This document shows, piece after piece, positions 44,889 through 55,572 of a stretch of 64,000 nt of DNA (the first letter of the stretch is position 1; every line of letters starts with the position of its first letter). A program made the position numbers and the translations under genes. This DNA comes from a virus (Duplodnaviria; Heunggongvirae; Uroviricota; Caudoviricetes). The notes beneath the pieces were generated by a model. It was not told the origin of the DNA and searched no databases. It saw only the letters and a list, made by a program, of their open reading frames with translations. The stretch lies in the IMG/VR virus record IMGVR_UViG_3300048574_000421. The stretch is one strand, 5' to 3'.

Positions 44889-45535
44889 ATAAATTTTCTT
44901 TTATTGCTAATGAACCAACTGTAATAGACTATCAAGAATTGACAAATAAAATAAAAACAAATTTGTCTAAATATTTACATGATTATTCGAATTTGTGTAA
45001 TTTTATTCTTTCTAAAGATGCTATTATATTTGGTGGTGCTGTTAGAGACTCTATTGCTGAACTTGAAATACATGATATAGATATTCTTGTCTTACCGAAC
45101 TCTTGTAAAACTATTGTGAATATGCTTAAAGCCTCAGGTTTCAAATATATTGATAAATTCAACATGGATATTGCAACAATGTATTCAGGTTCATTAATCA
45201 ATCTCCCTTTAACTTTTTATAGAGATGATGCTTTTATTCAATTAATAAGACCCAGAACTAAAATAAACAATAAAGAAACATTAATCGACATTGCAAAAAA
45301 TGTAGATTTATCTTGTTGTGGTGTTTTTCTTGATTCAGATTCACTACATGAAACTTTCCCAAAAGCAATAGAACATTGTCAAAAAAAAATTTTTAGAGTT
45401 CTAGACCAGAATAAATTATATAATGCACAACGCTGTTTAAATAGAATTACAAAATTGACAGAACGTGGCTGGTCACAAATTGAAAAGGAGAAATATTATG
45501 AAAGACGCAATGAAAGTAAAAATCAAAATTCTTGA
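44885..45535 (+). CDS. Pol-beta-superfamily nucleotidyltransferase (CCA/polyA-polymerase-head-like)
   Basis: 'IFGGAVRDSI.....DIDI' and downstream 'VDLSCC'. Confidence 0.6.
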   Translation: MNKFSFIANEPTVIDYQELTNKIKTNLSKYLHDYSNLCNFILSKDAIIFGGAVRDSIAELEIHDIDILVLPNSCKTIVNMLKASGFKYIDKFNMDIATMYSGSLINLPLTFYRDDAFIQLIRPRTKINNKETLIDIAKNVDLSCCGVFLDSDSLHETFPKAIEHCQKKIFRVLDQNKLYNAQRCLNRITKLTERGWSQIEKEKYYERRNESKNQNS

Positions 45536-45962
45536 GAATGGTAAGGGACTTCCTATTCCCAAAAAAGCAACAGATTATGCAGCTTGTGTTGATGTATATT
45601 CAACAATAGATACTAAACTTTCTTCAGGCGAAACAAAACTTATACCTTGTGGATTTTGTATTGAAGTACCTATTGGATATGAAGTTCAAGTGAGACCTCG
45701 TAGTGGTTTAGCATTAAAAAACAATATAATGATTCTTAATACTCCAGGTACTATTGATGCTGACTACAGGGGTGAAGTTGGCGTTATTTTACATAATGCT
45801 TCGCAAACACCAGAGTATTCTTTTGCAATTAAAAGAGGCGATAGAATAGCTCAAATAGCGTTAAGAGAAACTATCGATTTTGAGTTTGAAATTGCAGAAG
45901 AACTTTCAAGTACAGACAGAGGCGCAGGCGGTTTCGGTCATACAGGAGTAAGTACTAAATGA
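45498..45962 (+). CDS. dut: trimeric dUTPase
   Basis: 'QVRPRSGLA', 'GTIDADYRGE', 'GDRIAQ', 'RGAGGFGHTG'. Confidence 0.95.
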   Translation: MKDAMKVKIKILENGKGLPIPKKATDYAACVDVYSTIDTKLSSGETKLIPCGFCIEVPIGYEVQVRPRSGLALKNNIMILNTPGTIDADYRGEVGVILHNASQTPEYSFAIKRGDRIAQIALRETIDFEFEIAEELSSTDRGAGGFGHTGVSTK

Positions 45963-47311
45963 ACATTACAGGTCTTGCAATTTGTCCCCCACCTGGAACT
46001 ATCAAAAATGCTTTTGTAACACCTGAATTACTAGCAAGTTGCCTTGCGCGTTATTCAAGATCTAATAAAGGCATTGATTCGATTCTTCAATCAATTGATT
46101 GGAACGATCCTGATAAATCTGTAGATTCAATTTTCAAATTTGTCGATTATGGTCATGCATCAATCTCTGGGATGACCGGTGGAATAGCAATGGTTGTTGA
46201 TAATTGTTCGATGTTTCTAGCATATAAGGTCTTTGAACTTGCTCAGCTGTGCGATGGCCAAGAATCTAGCACACGATATATCAAACTTGATTCATCAAAC
46301 CTTTGTGATCCTGATGAAATAGGTATTCCTTCAGAACTGAAGTCAGAGTGGCAATCTTTTACAGATTTATCTTTTACTATTTATCAAGAACTGTATGAAA
46401 CTTTAGATAAAAAAGCACAAGAAAATCCTTCAATTATTAGATACCCATCAGGTGCTAATGAAAAAGTAAAAGAACGTATCAGAAAAAACTATGCTCTTGA
46501 TAGATCACGTTACTTTATTCCTTTTGCAACAAAAACAAATGCAGCTTATATCATGACAGCAAGAGTATGGGCTGATGTTATCAAACAACTTGATTCACTA
46601 CCACATCCCGAAACAAAAACTTGTGCTACACTTTTACGTGAAGAACTTAAAAAATTTGTTCCTCGTCTAATCAAACATAGTTTTGCTGACAATGCATCTA
46701 TTGCTCAAGCACAATTATCATATGCATACGCTACTGATTTTATTACTATAAATGATGTTTGTACAGACAACATTCCTGACCAAACATATTTGTCACTTGA
46801 GAAAAGTCAACCTCTGTTTCTTAGCGCTACACAAACTTGTAGTGATGCTTTCGCTGGTAAAAATAATCGATACAGTACTGTAGGATCAACAGTCAAAAGA
46901 TGTATGGTGCGTGCAGCATGGAACAATATGGCTATCGCAGAATTGCGCGATCTTAATCGTCATAGAAGCGGTTTTCGTTTCAGTCCATTGACGCCAGTTG
47001 GATTTTATTGTCCTACAGAAGTTTCGCATCCCAGAATGAACGAACTTCTTGCAATGAAAAAATCTATTATTGAAAAAACTGTTGCTTCTGAAACATCTTC
47101 ATCTTTTATTTATTGCTTCTTATTGGGAACACAAGTACCATTTGAACATTCAACTCATTTAGACAAATTCATCTATGAGATTGAGTTACGTACTGGTATG
47201 GGCGCGCATTTTCGTTATGCCGAACATCTAAGTTCAGCATATGAAGAATTGATAAAAATAGAACCTGCTTTAAAACAATTTGTTAATATAGGCACAGCTG
47301 AACCAGAATAA
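45959..47311 (+). CDS. thyX: FAD-dependent thymidylate synthase, duplicated-domain type
   Basis: 'ARYSRS...YGHASI...QESSTRY...D..RY..P...N' and 'RDLNRHR'. Confidence 0.7.
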   Translation: MNITGLAICPPPGTIKNAFVTPELLASCLARYSRSNKGIDSILQSIDWNDPDKSVDSIFKFVDYGHASISGMTGGIAMVVDNCSMFLAYKVFELAQLCDGQESSTRYIKLDSSNLCDPDEIGIPSELKSEWQSFTDLSFTIYQELYETLDKKAQENPSIIRYPSGANEKVKERIRKNYALDRSRYFIPFATKTNAAYIMTARVWADVIKQLDSLPHPETKTCATLLREELKKFVPRLIKHSFADNASIAQAQLSYAYATDFITINDVCTDNIPDQTYLSLEKSQPLFLSATQTCSDAFAGKNNRYSTVGSTVKRCMVRAAWNNMAIAELRDLNRHRSGFRFSPLTPVGFYCPTEVSHPRMNELLAMKKSIIEKTVASETSSSFIYCFLLGTQVPFEHSTHLDKFIYEIELRTGMGAHFRYAEHLSSAYEELIKIEPALKQFVNIGTAEPE

Positions 47312-47325
47312 ACTGAAAGGAAATC

Positions 47326-47691
47326 ATGGAGCAAAATCTTTATTATTATAAAGCTTTAGTCAAAGAAGTAAAAGATGCAGATACAATAGTACTTGATATT
47401 GACTGCGGGTTTGATATTTGGTTAAAAAACACACCATGTCGATTGTCGAGAATTGATGCATTTGAAATAAAACTTAGTTCAACGACAACAGCTGAAATGA
47501 AGCAAAAAGGCCTTCAAGGAAAAGAATTTGTAAAAAATTTAATCAACGGAAAAGACGTTATTATAAAAACTACTTTAGATAAAGAAAAGTTTGGTAGAGT
47601 TTTATGTGAAGTCTTTTATAATGCAGAAAAATGGGTTAATCTTAACGATGAACTTGTTACAAAAGGTTTCGCAATCTATAAACAGTACTAA
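47326..47691 (+). CDS. thermonuclease (SNase) family protein
   Basis: 'VKDADTI..DID.GF...RL..IDA.E...KFGRVL...LN.ELV.KG.A'. Confidence 0.85.
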   Translation: MEQNLYYYKALVKEVKDADTIVLDIDCGFDIWLKNTPCRLSRIDAFEIKLSSTTTAEMKQKGLQGKEFVKNLINGKDVIIKTTLDKEKFGRVLCEVFYNAEKWVNLNDELVTKGFAIYKQY

Positions 47692-47697
47692 AGGTGA

Positions 47698-48009
47698 ATG
47701 ATGACTTTAAACGAACATATCAAAAATGAACGATTAAAAAAGGGTGTTACGCAAGAAGATCTTGCAGAACAATTACATCTTACTCAAGGTTATATTTCAC
47801 AAATTGAAGTAGGCGAGAAGAAGCCTTGTGCTGCAACAGTATTAAAAATTGAAGAAATTTTAGGTCTAGAACATGGTTCAATTTGGAATGTTCATAATAT
47901 TGTAATGGATCATATTACTGAGACTATAAAAATCCTAACACCTGTTGAATTAAACGAAGTTGACGACTATTTAAGATATTTGATGTTTAAAAGAAATAAC
48001 GAACAATAA
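47698..48009 (+). CDS. XRE-family HTH regulator
   Basis: 'IK.ER...G.TQEDLAE.L......ISQIE.G.K.P'. Confidence 0.85.
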   Translation: MMTLNEHIKNERLKKGVTQEDLAEQLHLTQGYISQIEVGEKKPCAATVLKIEEILGLEHGSIWNVHNIVMDHITETIKILTPVELNEVDDYLRYLMFKRNNEQ

Positions 48010-48073
48010 AAATTTGCTGCTTCATGGCATAACTCAATCTCACAAACGTTATTGATTACGTCATTACAATTTT

Positions 48074-48595
48074 TTGTTTGGAGATGTTATGAGTTGTATA
48101 TTTGAACGATCATGGTGGGAAGATGAACAGGGAGACACACCTGAAGCTTTTACTGTCATTACAGTTGAAGATGTAACTTCTGGAAAATATCGACCCAAGC
48201 AGAAAACTGATTTAGATTTTGCTATAAATCATTTGACTGATATAAAACAGAAATATGTTTTCACTATTTTCCCTGATATTGTTAAAGGAGCAAATATGCC
48301 AATTGATTTACAATCGACTTTTGAGAAATTCGAAAAAGAATATATGAAATTTGACCGTATCGAAAATCCACCTTCATATCATCCTGACTTGTGTGCTTTC
48401 CTATTGCTTGAAAAACTTGTCCCATCAAATTTACAAAAACTCGATATTGTTTCTGCTGCAGAGCATGACAAAATCTGGCTCAGCGTAAATGGTGATGATT
48501 TTGCAAATGTAGCATCTGAAAATGACGTATTATATCTTGTCCGTTGTGGAATACAATACGATTCTGACGGCAATTGCTTTTGTATGAATACTTAA
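48074..48595 (+). CDS. hypothetical protein
   Basis: ORF track; an internal RBS suggests an alternative start. Confidence 0.4.
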   Translation: MFGDVMSCIFERSWWEDEQGDTPEAFTVITVEDVTSGKYRPKQKTDLDFAINHLTDIKQKYVFTIFPDIVKGANMPIDLQSTFEKFEKEYMKFDRIENPPSYHPDLCAFLLLEKLVPSNLQKLDIVSAAEHDKIWLSVNGDDFANVASENDVLYLVRCGIQYDSDGNCFCMNT

Positions 48596-48607
48596 TTGGA
48601 GAATCTC

Positions 48608-51001
48608 ATGTTTGACTTAAAAGGAAAATATGGTTCAGCTCACGTAATGATTGATTATGTCGAAGAAGCTTGTATGTCGCAAATACTTGGTTTTCTTAAT
48701 CATCCAGTCTTTACTAATCAGATAGCTATAATGCCTGATACACATGCAGGAAAAGGAAGTGTTGTTGGATTTACAATGCCAATGACAGAAAAAATCATTC
48801 CTAATGTAATAGGCGTAGATATAGGATGTTTCATTGACAAAACAGAAGTCCAACTTGCTGATAATAGAAAATTAAATTTTTTAGAATTGATTAAAGAACA
48901 AGAAGAGGGAAAAGAAAATTTTTGTTTCGCTAAAGATCAAACAGGAAATATTGTAATAACAAAAATTTTGTCTGTGTTTTTTACAAAAATAGTTGACAAA
49001 CTTGTGAAGATAGTACTAGATAATGACGAAGTGATATACAGTACTGAAGAACAAATTTTTTTCTTATTAGATAACAACGAAATTCAAGCGCAAAATTTGA
49101 ATATTGAACAATCATTATTTCCTCTTTACCTTAAAAAAGCAAAAGAAGTAGACAATATTTCAAAAAACTCTAAATATCTAAAAGAGACAGAATACTTTGT
49201 AGTTTATAATCCAAACACAAAAAAATACGATTATGTCCATTGTCTTGCTGATGATTATAATACAAGAAGGAAAACTCAAAACAACTTAAAAATATTTGTT
49301 CGACATCATAAAGATTTTAACAAATTCAATAACAACCCAACAAATATTGAAAGGGTCTCTTGGCGCCAACATTGGAAGATTCATTCGCAGCATGCTTCAA
49401 TTCAAAATAAACAAGGAAAATCTGGTTGGAAAGTGTCTTGGACAAGGCACTTAGAAAGATTCAGGAGAATGTCTTCTGAAAAAATGAAAAAATTAAGTCA
49501 AAATCCAGATTTTCAAAAAATTAGAAATAAAGCATCTGCAAAAACCTTTGAAAACTTTTGTAAAACAGAAAAATTTAAAGAACAATCGAAACATGCAGGA
49601 AAAAGAGGTAAAAAATATCTTTGCGCATATAACAAATCAAAAACAGGTATCGAAAAGTCAACAGAAGTAGGAAATCGCGTTTATGAATGTCCAGTTTGTA
49701 ACAAAATCTTAATTGGTCCTTTTGCAGTAAACTCGCATAAGAAAATGCACCCAGATCTTACTTTTCAAGAGTTCAAATTAACCAAAAATCATAAAATAAA
49801 ATCAATCGAAATATTAAATTGTGAACCTACAAAAGTGTACTGTTTAAAAGTTGAAGAACATAGTAATTTTGCATTAGCTGCAGGAGTCTTTGTTCATAAC
49901 TGTGGAATGAGCTCACTTAACATTGGTTCAGCATTACCAATTTCTTATCAAGAACTTGATCATAAGATAAGACAAAGAATTCCTTTTGGGTTTGACACAA
50001 ATGAAAGATCTGTCATTGATTTTGCAAAAGAATTCCCATGGAAAAAGGTAAATGCAACAGCTCAAAATTTTGCTCTTTCTTATCAAAGAAAATTTAATTC
50101 AAGTATTACACTTCCACGCTTTGACTTTAATTGGTTTGAGAAAAAATGCGACATAATTGGTTGTGATCTCGGGAGAGCTATAAAAAGTCTTTGTTCGCTT
50201 GGTGGTGGTAACCATTTTATTGAACTTGGTTTGTCGACAAAAAATGAATATTGGCTTACTATTCACACTGGTTCACGTAACTTAGGAAAATGTATTTGTG
50301 AATATTGGCAAGATATTGCAATCAAAAAACTTAAAAGAGGAAATAAAGAAGATCGTCAATCGCAAATTGAAAAACTTAAAAATACTCTAAAAGGAAAAGA
50401 ACTTTTTGAAGCTATAAAGCAAGTCAAAGAAAAAGAGCCTTTAGTTTTAAACTTTTCTGACGATTTGTGCTACCTTGAAGGACAAGATGCGCAACAGTAT
50501 TTGTTTGACATGATTTTTTCTCAAATTTATGCACAAGTCAATAGACAGTTGATTTCAAAAAAGATCGTAGAAATTTTGAATGTTCCTGTTATTGATTCAA
50601 TAGAAACAGTTCACAATTTTATAGATTTTGAAGATTTCATTATCAGAAAAGGATCAATTCGTTCTTACGAAAACGAGCGTATGATTATTCCTTTTAATAT
50701 GCGTGACGGAATTCTTGTTTGTACAGGAAAATCAAATCCTGAATGGAATTTTTCTGCACCACATGGTGCAGGACGTCTCTTATCAAGATCACAAGCAAAG
50801 AAAAAATTAGATATGAATGAGTTTTCAAAACAAATGTCGGCAATTTTTTCTACATCAGTTAATATGTCAACTCTTGATGAAGCGCCTGATGCTTACAAAA
50901 ACCCAAAAATAATCGAGGAAGCAATCGAGCCTACAGCTTTGATAATTGAAAGATTAGTGCCTGTCATGAACATGAAAGATTCAAAAGGTACTGACGATTA
51001 A
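48608..51001 (+). CDS. rtcB: RtcB RNA ligase, intein-containing
   Basis: MPDTHAG, VDIG|CGM, GGGNHF.E, HTGSR, HN, RKG, SAPHGAGR, DEAP.AYK. Confidence 0.92.
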   Translation: MFDLKGKYGSAHVMIDYVEEACMSQILGFLNHPVFTNQIAIMPDTHAGKGSVVGFTMPMTEKIIPNVIGVDIGCFIDKTEVQLADNRKLNFLELIKEQEEGKENFCFAKDQTGNIVITKILSVFFTKIVDKLVKIVLDNDEVIYSTEEQIFFLLDNNEIQAQNLNIEQSLFPLYLKKAKEVDNISKNSKYLKETEYFVVYNPNTKKYDYVHCLADDYNTRRKTQNNLKIFVRHHKDFNKFNNNPTNIERVSWRQHWKIHSQHASIQNKQGKSGWKVSWTRHLERFRRMSSEKMKKLSQNPDFQKIRNKASAKTFENFCKTEKFKEQSKHAGKRGKKYLCAYNKSKTGIEKSTEVGNRVYECPVCNKILIGPFAVNSHKKMHPDLTFQEFKLTKNHKIKSIEILNCEPTKVYCLKVEEHSNFALAAGVFVHNCGMSSLNIGSALPISYQELDHKIRQRIPFGFDTNERSVIDFAKEFPWKKVNATAQNFALSYQRKFNSSITLPRFDFNWFEKKCDIIGCDLGRAIKSLCSLGGGNHFIELGLSTKNEYWLTIHTGSRNLGKCICEYWQDIAIKKLKRGNKEDRQSQIEKLKNTLKGKELFEAIKQVKEKEPLVLNFSDDLCYLEGQDAQQYLFDMIFSQIYAQVNRQLISKKIVEILNVPVIDSIETVHNFIDFEDFIIRKGSIRSYENERMIIPFNMRDGILVCTGKSNPEWNFSAPHGAGRLLSRSQAKKKLDMNEFSKQMSAIFSTSVNMSTLDEAPDAYKNPKIIEEAIEPTALIIERLVPVMNMKDSKGTDD
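48827..49900 (+). mobile_element. intein (358 aa) with HNH-like endonuclease in RtcB
   Basis: Starts 'CFIDKTEVQLAD', HNH 'VRHHKDFNKFNNNPTNI', ends 'VYCLKVEEHSNFAL.AGVFVHN' before CGM. Confidence 0.92.
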
Positions 51002-51010
51002 CTCTAAACA

Positions 51011-51043
51011 AACTCTGGCTGTTAGGTTATTACAGCCAGAGTT
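51011..51043. terminator. hairpin between convergent genes
   Basis: AACTCTGGCTGT/ACAGCCAGAGTT. Confidence 0.65.
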
Positions 51044-51063
51044 AAGAAAACGTATTTGAGAAA

Positions 51064-51720
51064 TTATTTTACTTCTACTTTTGTTTTTCCATCTTGTGTA
51101 GCATACGGACCTGAGCCTTTAGCAATTTCACCTCTAGACTCAAGGGTTTTTCTAAAACTTACACCTGCACCTGCTGCACCACCAAGCATATCACCTAAAA
51201 GTTCTTGTGAGCCATCGGTATAAGTTATCAATCTTGCTTCATTACCAAATTCATCATTCATGTCTTCAGTATTTTTTACGATTTTTTCATAACCTGTAGG
51301 TGCTTTATCTGTCGTATAGCCCATTGCTCTTTGAAACAAACGTTTGCTAAATGCATCATTTTGTTTTTTCGACATTTCCATGACAACAGCAAAAGTCTTT
51401 GGATCAGTTTTTTGCAATTTTCTAAGATCTTTTGCTTCATAAGTTTTCTGACCAAAAGGTGTCTGTATAGTAATTGGTTCATTTTCAGCTTGTACTGCAC
51501 TGATAAAACCTGCAGCTATGAGTGCAGCTAAAGCAGCAAGTTGTCTAACTTTAGGTTTAACGCCTGCTTCATGAATGTTTGCATTAAGATACTTCTTGAC
51601 GATCTCGGTCATTTGATCAGGTGTCAAATTAATGTCAAGTTCTTTCGCCAAAAGTTTGGGAGAGTATTTTTTCTTGGCTTCTTTTATTACGCAACCAATA
51701 ATATTTTCATAATTTTGCAT
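51064..51720 (-). CDS. hypothetical protein
   Basis: TAAGGAG RBS; N-terminal 'IIGCVIKEA' motif; one hydrophobic segment. Confidence 0.55.
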   Translation of the reverse strand: MQNYENIIGCVIKEAKKKYSPKLLAKELDINLTPDQMTEIVKKYLNANIHEAGVKPKVRQLAALAALIAAGFISAVQAENEPITIQTPFGQKTYEAKDLRKLQKTDPKTFAVVMEMSKKQNDAFSKRLFQRAMGYTTDKAPTGYEKIVKNTEDMNDEFGNEARLITYTDGSQELLGDMLGGAAGAGVSFRKTLESRGEIAKGSGPYATQDGKTKVEVK

Positions 51721-51852
51721 TTTTGCTCCTTATCAAAGTTTTTAATTTGCGTTCGTAAACTCAAGTATTATAAAAACAAGTCAAAAAATATGTGGCAGAA
51801 ATTGAAAATAACACGATATGTTGTACTATCAAACCACCTCAAAGGAGTTATT

Positions 51853-52317
51853 ATGCGAAGTCTTTTTATTGTATTCATGATTTCTTTCTATGCTAATGCA
51901 AACATGTTTGACAACTATGACTCTTATGTGGCTGACGAAACTGACTCTTCTATGAGTTCTGCATACACAGGTCCATTAGTTGCAACAGGTGGTGCAATTG
52001 CAGGCGTTAATTACATAAAAAATATGGCACCTCAAGTAATTGGTTCTATTGAATCAAACAGAATAATCTTAAAAGACTCAATTGATGAAATTTATTCGTT
52101 TAAAACTTTAACTTATTTTCAAGTAACAAAAGGTATTGACACTTTTTATGTAATAAAAATAGAAGCTGATAGAAATCATGAAAAATATGATATCTTTATA
52201 GAACTTAAAGATGGTCCTAATTATGATAGAACTTTGAATATCTACAAAAACGGAAAACCCTACACATTGATTCTTTGGAAAGAACAAGCTCGTCTAAGAG
52301 CCAACAAAGAAATCTGA
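51853..52317 (+). CDS. putative secreted protein
   Basis: AAGGAG RBS; signal-peptide-like MRSLFIVFMISFYANA. Confidence 0.5.
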   Translation: MRSLFIVFMISFYANANMFDNYDSYVADETDSSMSSAYTGPLVATGGAIAGVNYIKNMAPQVIGSIESNRIILKDSIDEIYSFKTLTYFQVTKGIDTFYVIKIEADRNHEKYDIFIELKDGPNYDRTLNIYKNGKPYTLILWKEQARLRANKEI

Positions 52318-52339
52318 TAGGACTGACACGGAGAATATT

Positions 52340-54196
52340 ATGAAATTTAGTTTTGGCGAACCTTACGGCAGTAATAGTGTAAAAGTCGATGCTAAAGATC
52401 TTTGTCACGCTATCAAAATTTTTAAAGTTTCAGAACTATTCCCAGAAAAATGTGTAGACTCTACATTTTACACAAACTCAGAAGGCTCTTTCACAAGACA
52501 GTACGACAGCAGACTAAGTCGATACAACTACAATTTCAATACATCTAACCCTATAATTTTTATTTACAGAAAAAAAGAAAACTCAGAAGAATGGGAAAAA
52601 ATTAGCGAGATTGATTTAAAAAGTTGTGTTGAAGTAAACTTTTCAGAAATCACACCTCAAAGAAATTTGTTATCCAACGTAAGTCTTCCTGAAGACGAAG
52701 ATCTTTTAGTGAATAACAGTGATCAAAATGAAGATACAACACTTCCTGTAGTTGTTAGTGCACAAGTACTTTCCAATGTCACAAGCAAGATTGAACTAAG
52801 ACAAAAGCACGATGAAATAGCGATTCGTAAAGCTGAACTTGAAGCTATGGTCCAGCAAATGAATGCTGCAATGAACGTAATAAAAGAAGAACTAAGACAA
52901 AAACAAAAAATAGTATTTGTTTTAGAAACATATCTAGGAATGCATGAAGAAGTCGTCCAAATAGCTGATGGCGATCCAGCTCCTGAAGGAACACCTTTAT
53001 CACTTTTTCAACAAAAATTATACATGGATGAAGAAATAGGAATTTGGGATGATATAGATGGCCAAGGTATTGATTGTCAAGACATTGAACAATTTGACGA
53101 ATGGATAGCAAAACACTACAAAATTTTTGCTCATAAACCATTATCAATAGTAGCATGGCAAGTCCGTAGAAAAGAAAAAGACTACGGTGATGATGCATGG
53201 GCTAATATTCAATTTGGTGTTTGGAATAAAGCTACTTACTTCTTAATAAGAAATGGTTCACGTCTCTATCGTATTTGGAGTAATATTCGAATTGATGATC
53301 GTTTGTTTCCTGCTAAAGATGAATACATAAAACTCATTCAAGACAAATCAAGATATGACGTTAAGAGCGAACTGCAAATAAAACACGAGAATTATCTTTA
53401 TGGCTTGATAGCTATACAAGGAATTATTGAAAGAACAGACATTCTTGGTAGCTGGTTTAGAAATAACAAAGTCAACCTTTTTAACATAAGAGACAATGAC
53501 GATAAATATATACAGTTTGTACGTGATTCTGAAACTGAATTCTGGATCGGTGATGGTCGTCTTGAATGGAAAGATTTCTTAAAAAAGAATCGTGAAACAA
53601 TCAAACTTGGTACAAGAGTTTGTATATGTGCTGAAAAAAATTACTTCTCATTGTCTGGTAAAGATAGTGATTCTTGGAGGTGTTCACCTTTTCGTCCAAG
53701 CAAAACTCCCAATAGAAACTTTTGTTATATAGTAGAAGCTTTTAAAGGAGAATCTAAAAACTTTTTTCCACATGCTACTTCTATTTTAATCAGATATTCT
53801 CCTGGCGATACTCTATGGGATCCTGAAACTTTTGAAGAAAAACAAAGAAAAAAACGTGTTCCTTGGTTTTTATATTCAGATGAAGTAATTAATTTTGACG
53901 AAATCACTTTTGAAGAAGCTGACTATTATATGAAAAGTAGACTTGAACGTAAAAACTATCTAAGGATACTTCCAACATTACATTGGGTTAGACAAATAAA
54001 GCAAAAAGAAAAGTCTTTAGAAGATGAATTTATAAAAATGTTAGCAGGACAACTTAATTGGGAACTTAATGTTGAAAACATATCGAAAATACAACAAACT
54101 ATTACTTGGTGGAAACTTAAGAACAAATGGAAAAGAGCAATTACAGTTAATGAAGCTGTTGCGACAAGAATGATTCTTAAGAAATTAAATTCTTAG
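52340..54196 (+). CDS. large hypothetical protein with coiled coil
   Basis: 618 aa, GGAG RBS. Confidence 0.65.
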   Translation: MKFSFGEPYGSNSVKVDAKDLCHAIKIFKVSELFPEKCVDSTFYTNSEGSFTRQYDSRLSRYNYNFNTSNPIIFIYRKKENSEEWEKISEIDLKSCVEVNFSEITPQRNLLSNVSLPEDEDLLVNNSDQNEDTTLPVVVSAQVLSNVTSKIELRQKHDEIAIRKAELEAMVQQMNAAMNVIKEELRQKQKIVFVLETYLGMHEEVVQIADGDPAPEGTPLSLFQQKLYMDEEIGIWDDIDGQGIDCQDIEQFDEWIAKHYKIFAHKPLSIVAWQVRRKEKDYGDDAWANIQFGVWNKATYFLIRNGSRLYRIWSNIRIDDRLFPAKDEYIKLIQDKSRYDVKSELQIKHENYLYGLIAIQGIIERTDILGSWFRNNKVNLFNIRDNDDKYIQFVRDSETEFWIGDGRLEWKDFLKKNRETIKLGTRVCICAEKNYFSLSGKDSDSWRCSPFRPSKTPNRNFCYIVEAFKGESKNFFPHATSILIRYSPGDTLWDPETFEEKQRKKRVPWFLYSDEVINFDEITFEEADYYMKSRLERKNYLRILPTLHWVRQIKQKEKSLEDEFIKMLAGQLNWELNVENISKIQQTITWWKLKNKWKRAITVNEAVATRMILKKLNS

Positions 54197-54401
54197 GTGT
54201 TCGTTCATTAGTGATGAATTTGTTCCAGTTCATTCTTTCTTTATCCCTAATTTTTAATGCTTTAGTTAAAAAAACTTTGATCATTGCTTCTTGATCGCTA
54301 AAATTCAAGTTTTTATAGAATTTGATACGCTTTTCTAAATCTTCTACAATAAGATCGCAAACATCTAATCTAGCTAATAAAATTGACTCTTTGCTTTTCA
54401 T
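54177..54401 (-). CDS. hypothetical protein
   Basis: ORF track. Confidence 0.35.
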   Translation of the reverse strand: MKSKESILLARLDVCDLIVEDLEKRIKFYKNLNFSDQEAMIKVFLTKALKIRDKERMNWNKFITNERTPKNLIS

Positions 54402-54518
54402 AATTTAGATTTTAAGTTTAGTGTCGTTTCTGATCAGTTTGTGTTTGACTAGCAAACTTTATGATTACCTACTATAAAACTATATGGATGCGTCTTCAAA
54501 TACGCTTAACAAACAATC

Positions 54519-55556
54519 TCAATCACCAAACCATTTTTCGTGTAAGTCCCAATATTCATCTGTTCTCATAAAATCTACAAGGCTCTCATTAAGAGTTTCT
54601 CTATAAGGACTATTCTGTTGCAATGCAAAACCATAATATTGTCTATCAAACATATCTCCCACAATTTTGCATTTTTTCTTTCCCGAGTTTTTCACAAAAT
54701 ATTTCAAAGTTGGCATATCAAAAACAACAGCATCGATTTTTCCAAGAATAAGTTGTTTATATGAATCATCAATTCTTGTTTCTGCTATTGCTTGACAATT
54801 AATTGATTTAAGAAAAGTCTCAGCTGTAGTTTCTTTTTCTGTCGAGACTTTTTTATCTTCAAGATCTTCAACAGAAAAAATAGCTGATTCAACTTTTTCG
54901 CTTTGAAGTGCAGTATTCATAGATGCAACAATGTACGGAAAGATAAATCCGATCCCGACTAGCATAACAATCATTGTGACCAATTTACCTATTGGTGTTT
55001 GTGGCGTTTTATCGCCATAACCTACTGTTGTAATTGTAGTAATGGCCCAATAAATACCATCAGATACGCCTTTAAGTAAACCTTTACTAAACAATTTTCC
55101 ACGTTCTAATACCCAAATTAAAATAGCACTAAACAAAAGAAATGCTGCAAATAAGTAAATTGGCATTTTCATTTGATTAAAATATTTTAACAATACATTA
55201 ACCATATTAACATCTGAGTCTTTGTTTACGCAAATACTTAAGCCAGAATTCAAATAGGGATGAGTAAAATCAAACTTTGCTTCTCTTTCGCCTGTAATTG
55301 TTATACCAGCAATTGCAGCATCATAAGTTCTTTTTTCAACACCTTCAATGATTGAAGGAAAACTTTCGCCAATTTCAAATTTAACATCTAATTTCGATCT
55401 TTTTGCGATCTCTTCAAACACTTCAATATCAAATCCAGTAGGTTTTACTCCATTTTTTATAATAACACAAGGAGGAAAATCATACACAGCTACTTTTAAA
55501 GTGTCAGAAGAGACAGAAAACGAAACAATACACAACAATGTAAAAACCTTCAACAT
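54519..55556 (-). CDS. GluR0-like ligand-gated K+ channel (SBP_bac_3 + pore)
   Basis: Signal peptide, 'GFDIE...ITITGERE..FDFT.PY', TM1, K+ filter 'TTVGYGD', TM2, 'YGFAL...S..R..LN..L'. Confidence 0.88.
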   Translation of the reverse strand: MLKVFTLLCIVSFSVSSDTLKVAVYDFPPCVIIKNGVKPTGFDIEVFEEIAKRSKLDVKFEIGESFPSIIEGVEKRTYDAAIAGITITGEREAKFDFTHPYLNSGLSICVNKDSDVNMVNVLLKYFNQMKMPIYLFAAFLLFSAILIWVLERGKLFSKGLLKGVSDGIYWAITTITTVGYGDKTPQTPIGKLVTMIVMLVGIGFIFPYIVASMNTALQSEKVESAIFSVEDLEDKKVSTEKETTAETFLKSINCQAIAETRIDDSYKQLILGKIDAVVFDMPTLKYFVKNSGKKKCKIVGDMFDRQYYGFALQQNSPYRETLNESLVDFMRTDEYWDLHEKWFGD

Positions 55557-55572
55557 TCTCTGTCCCTTTCAA

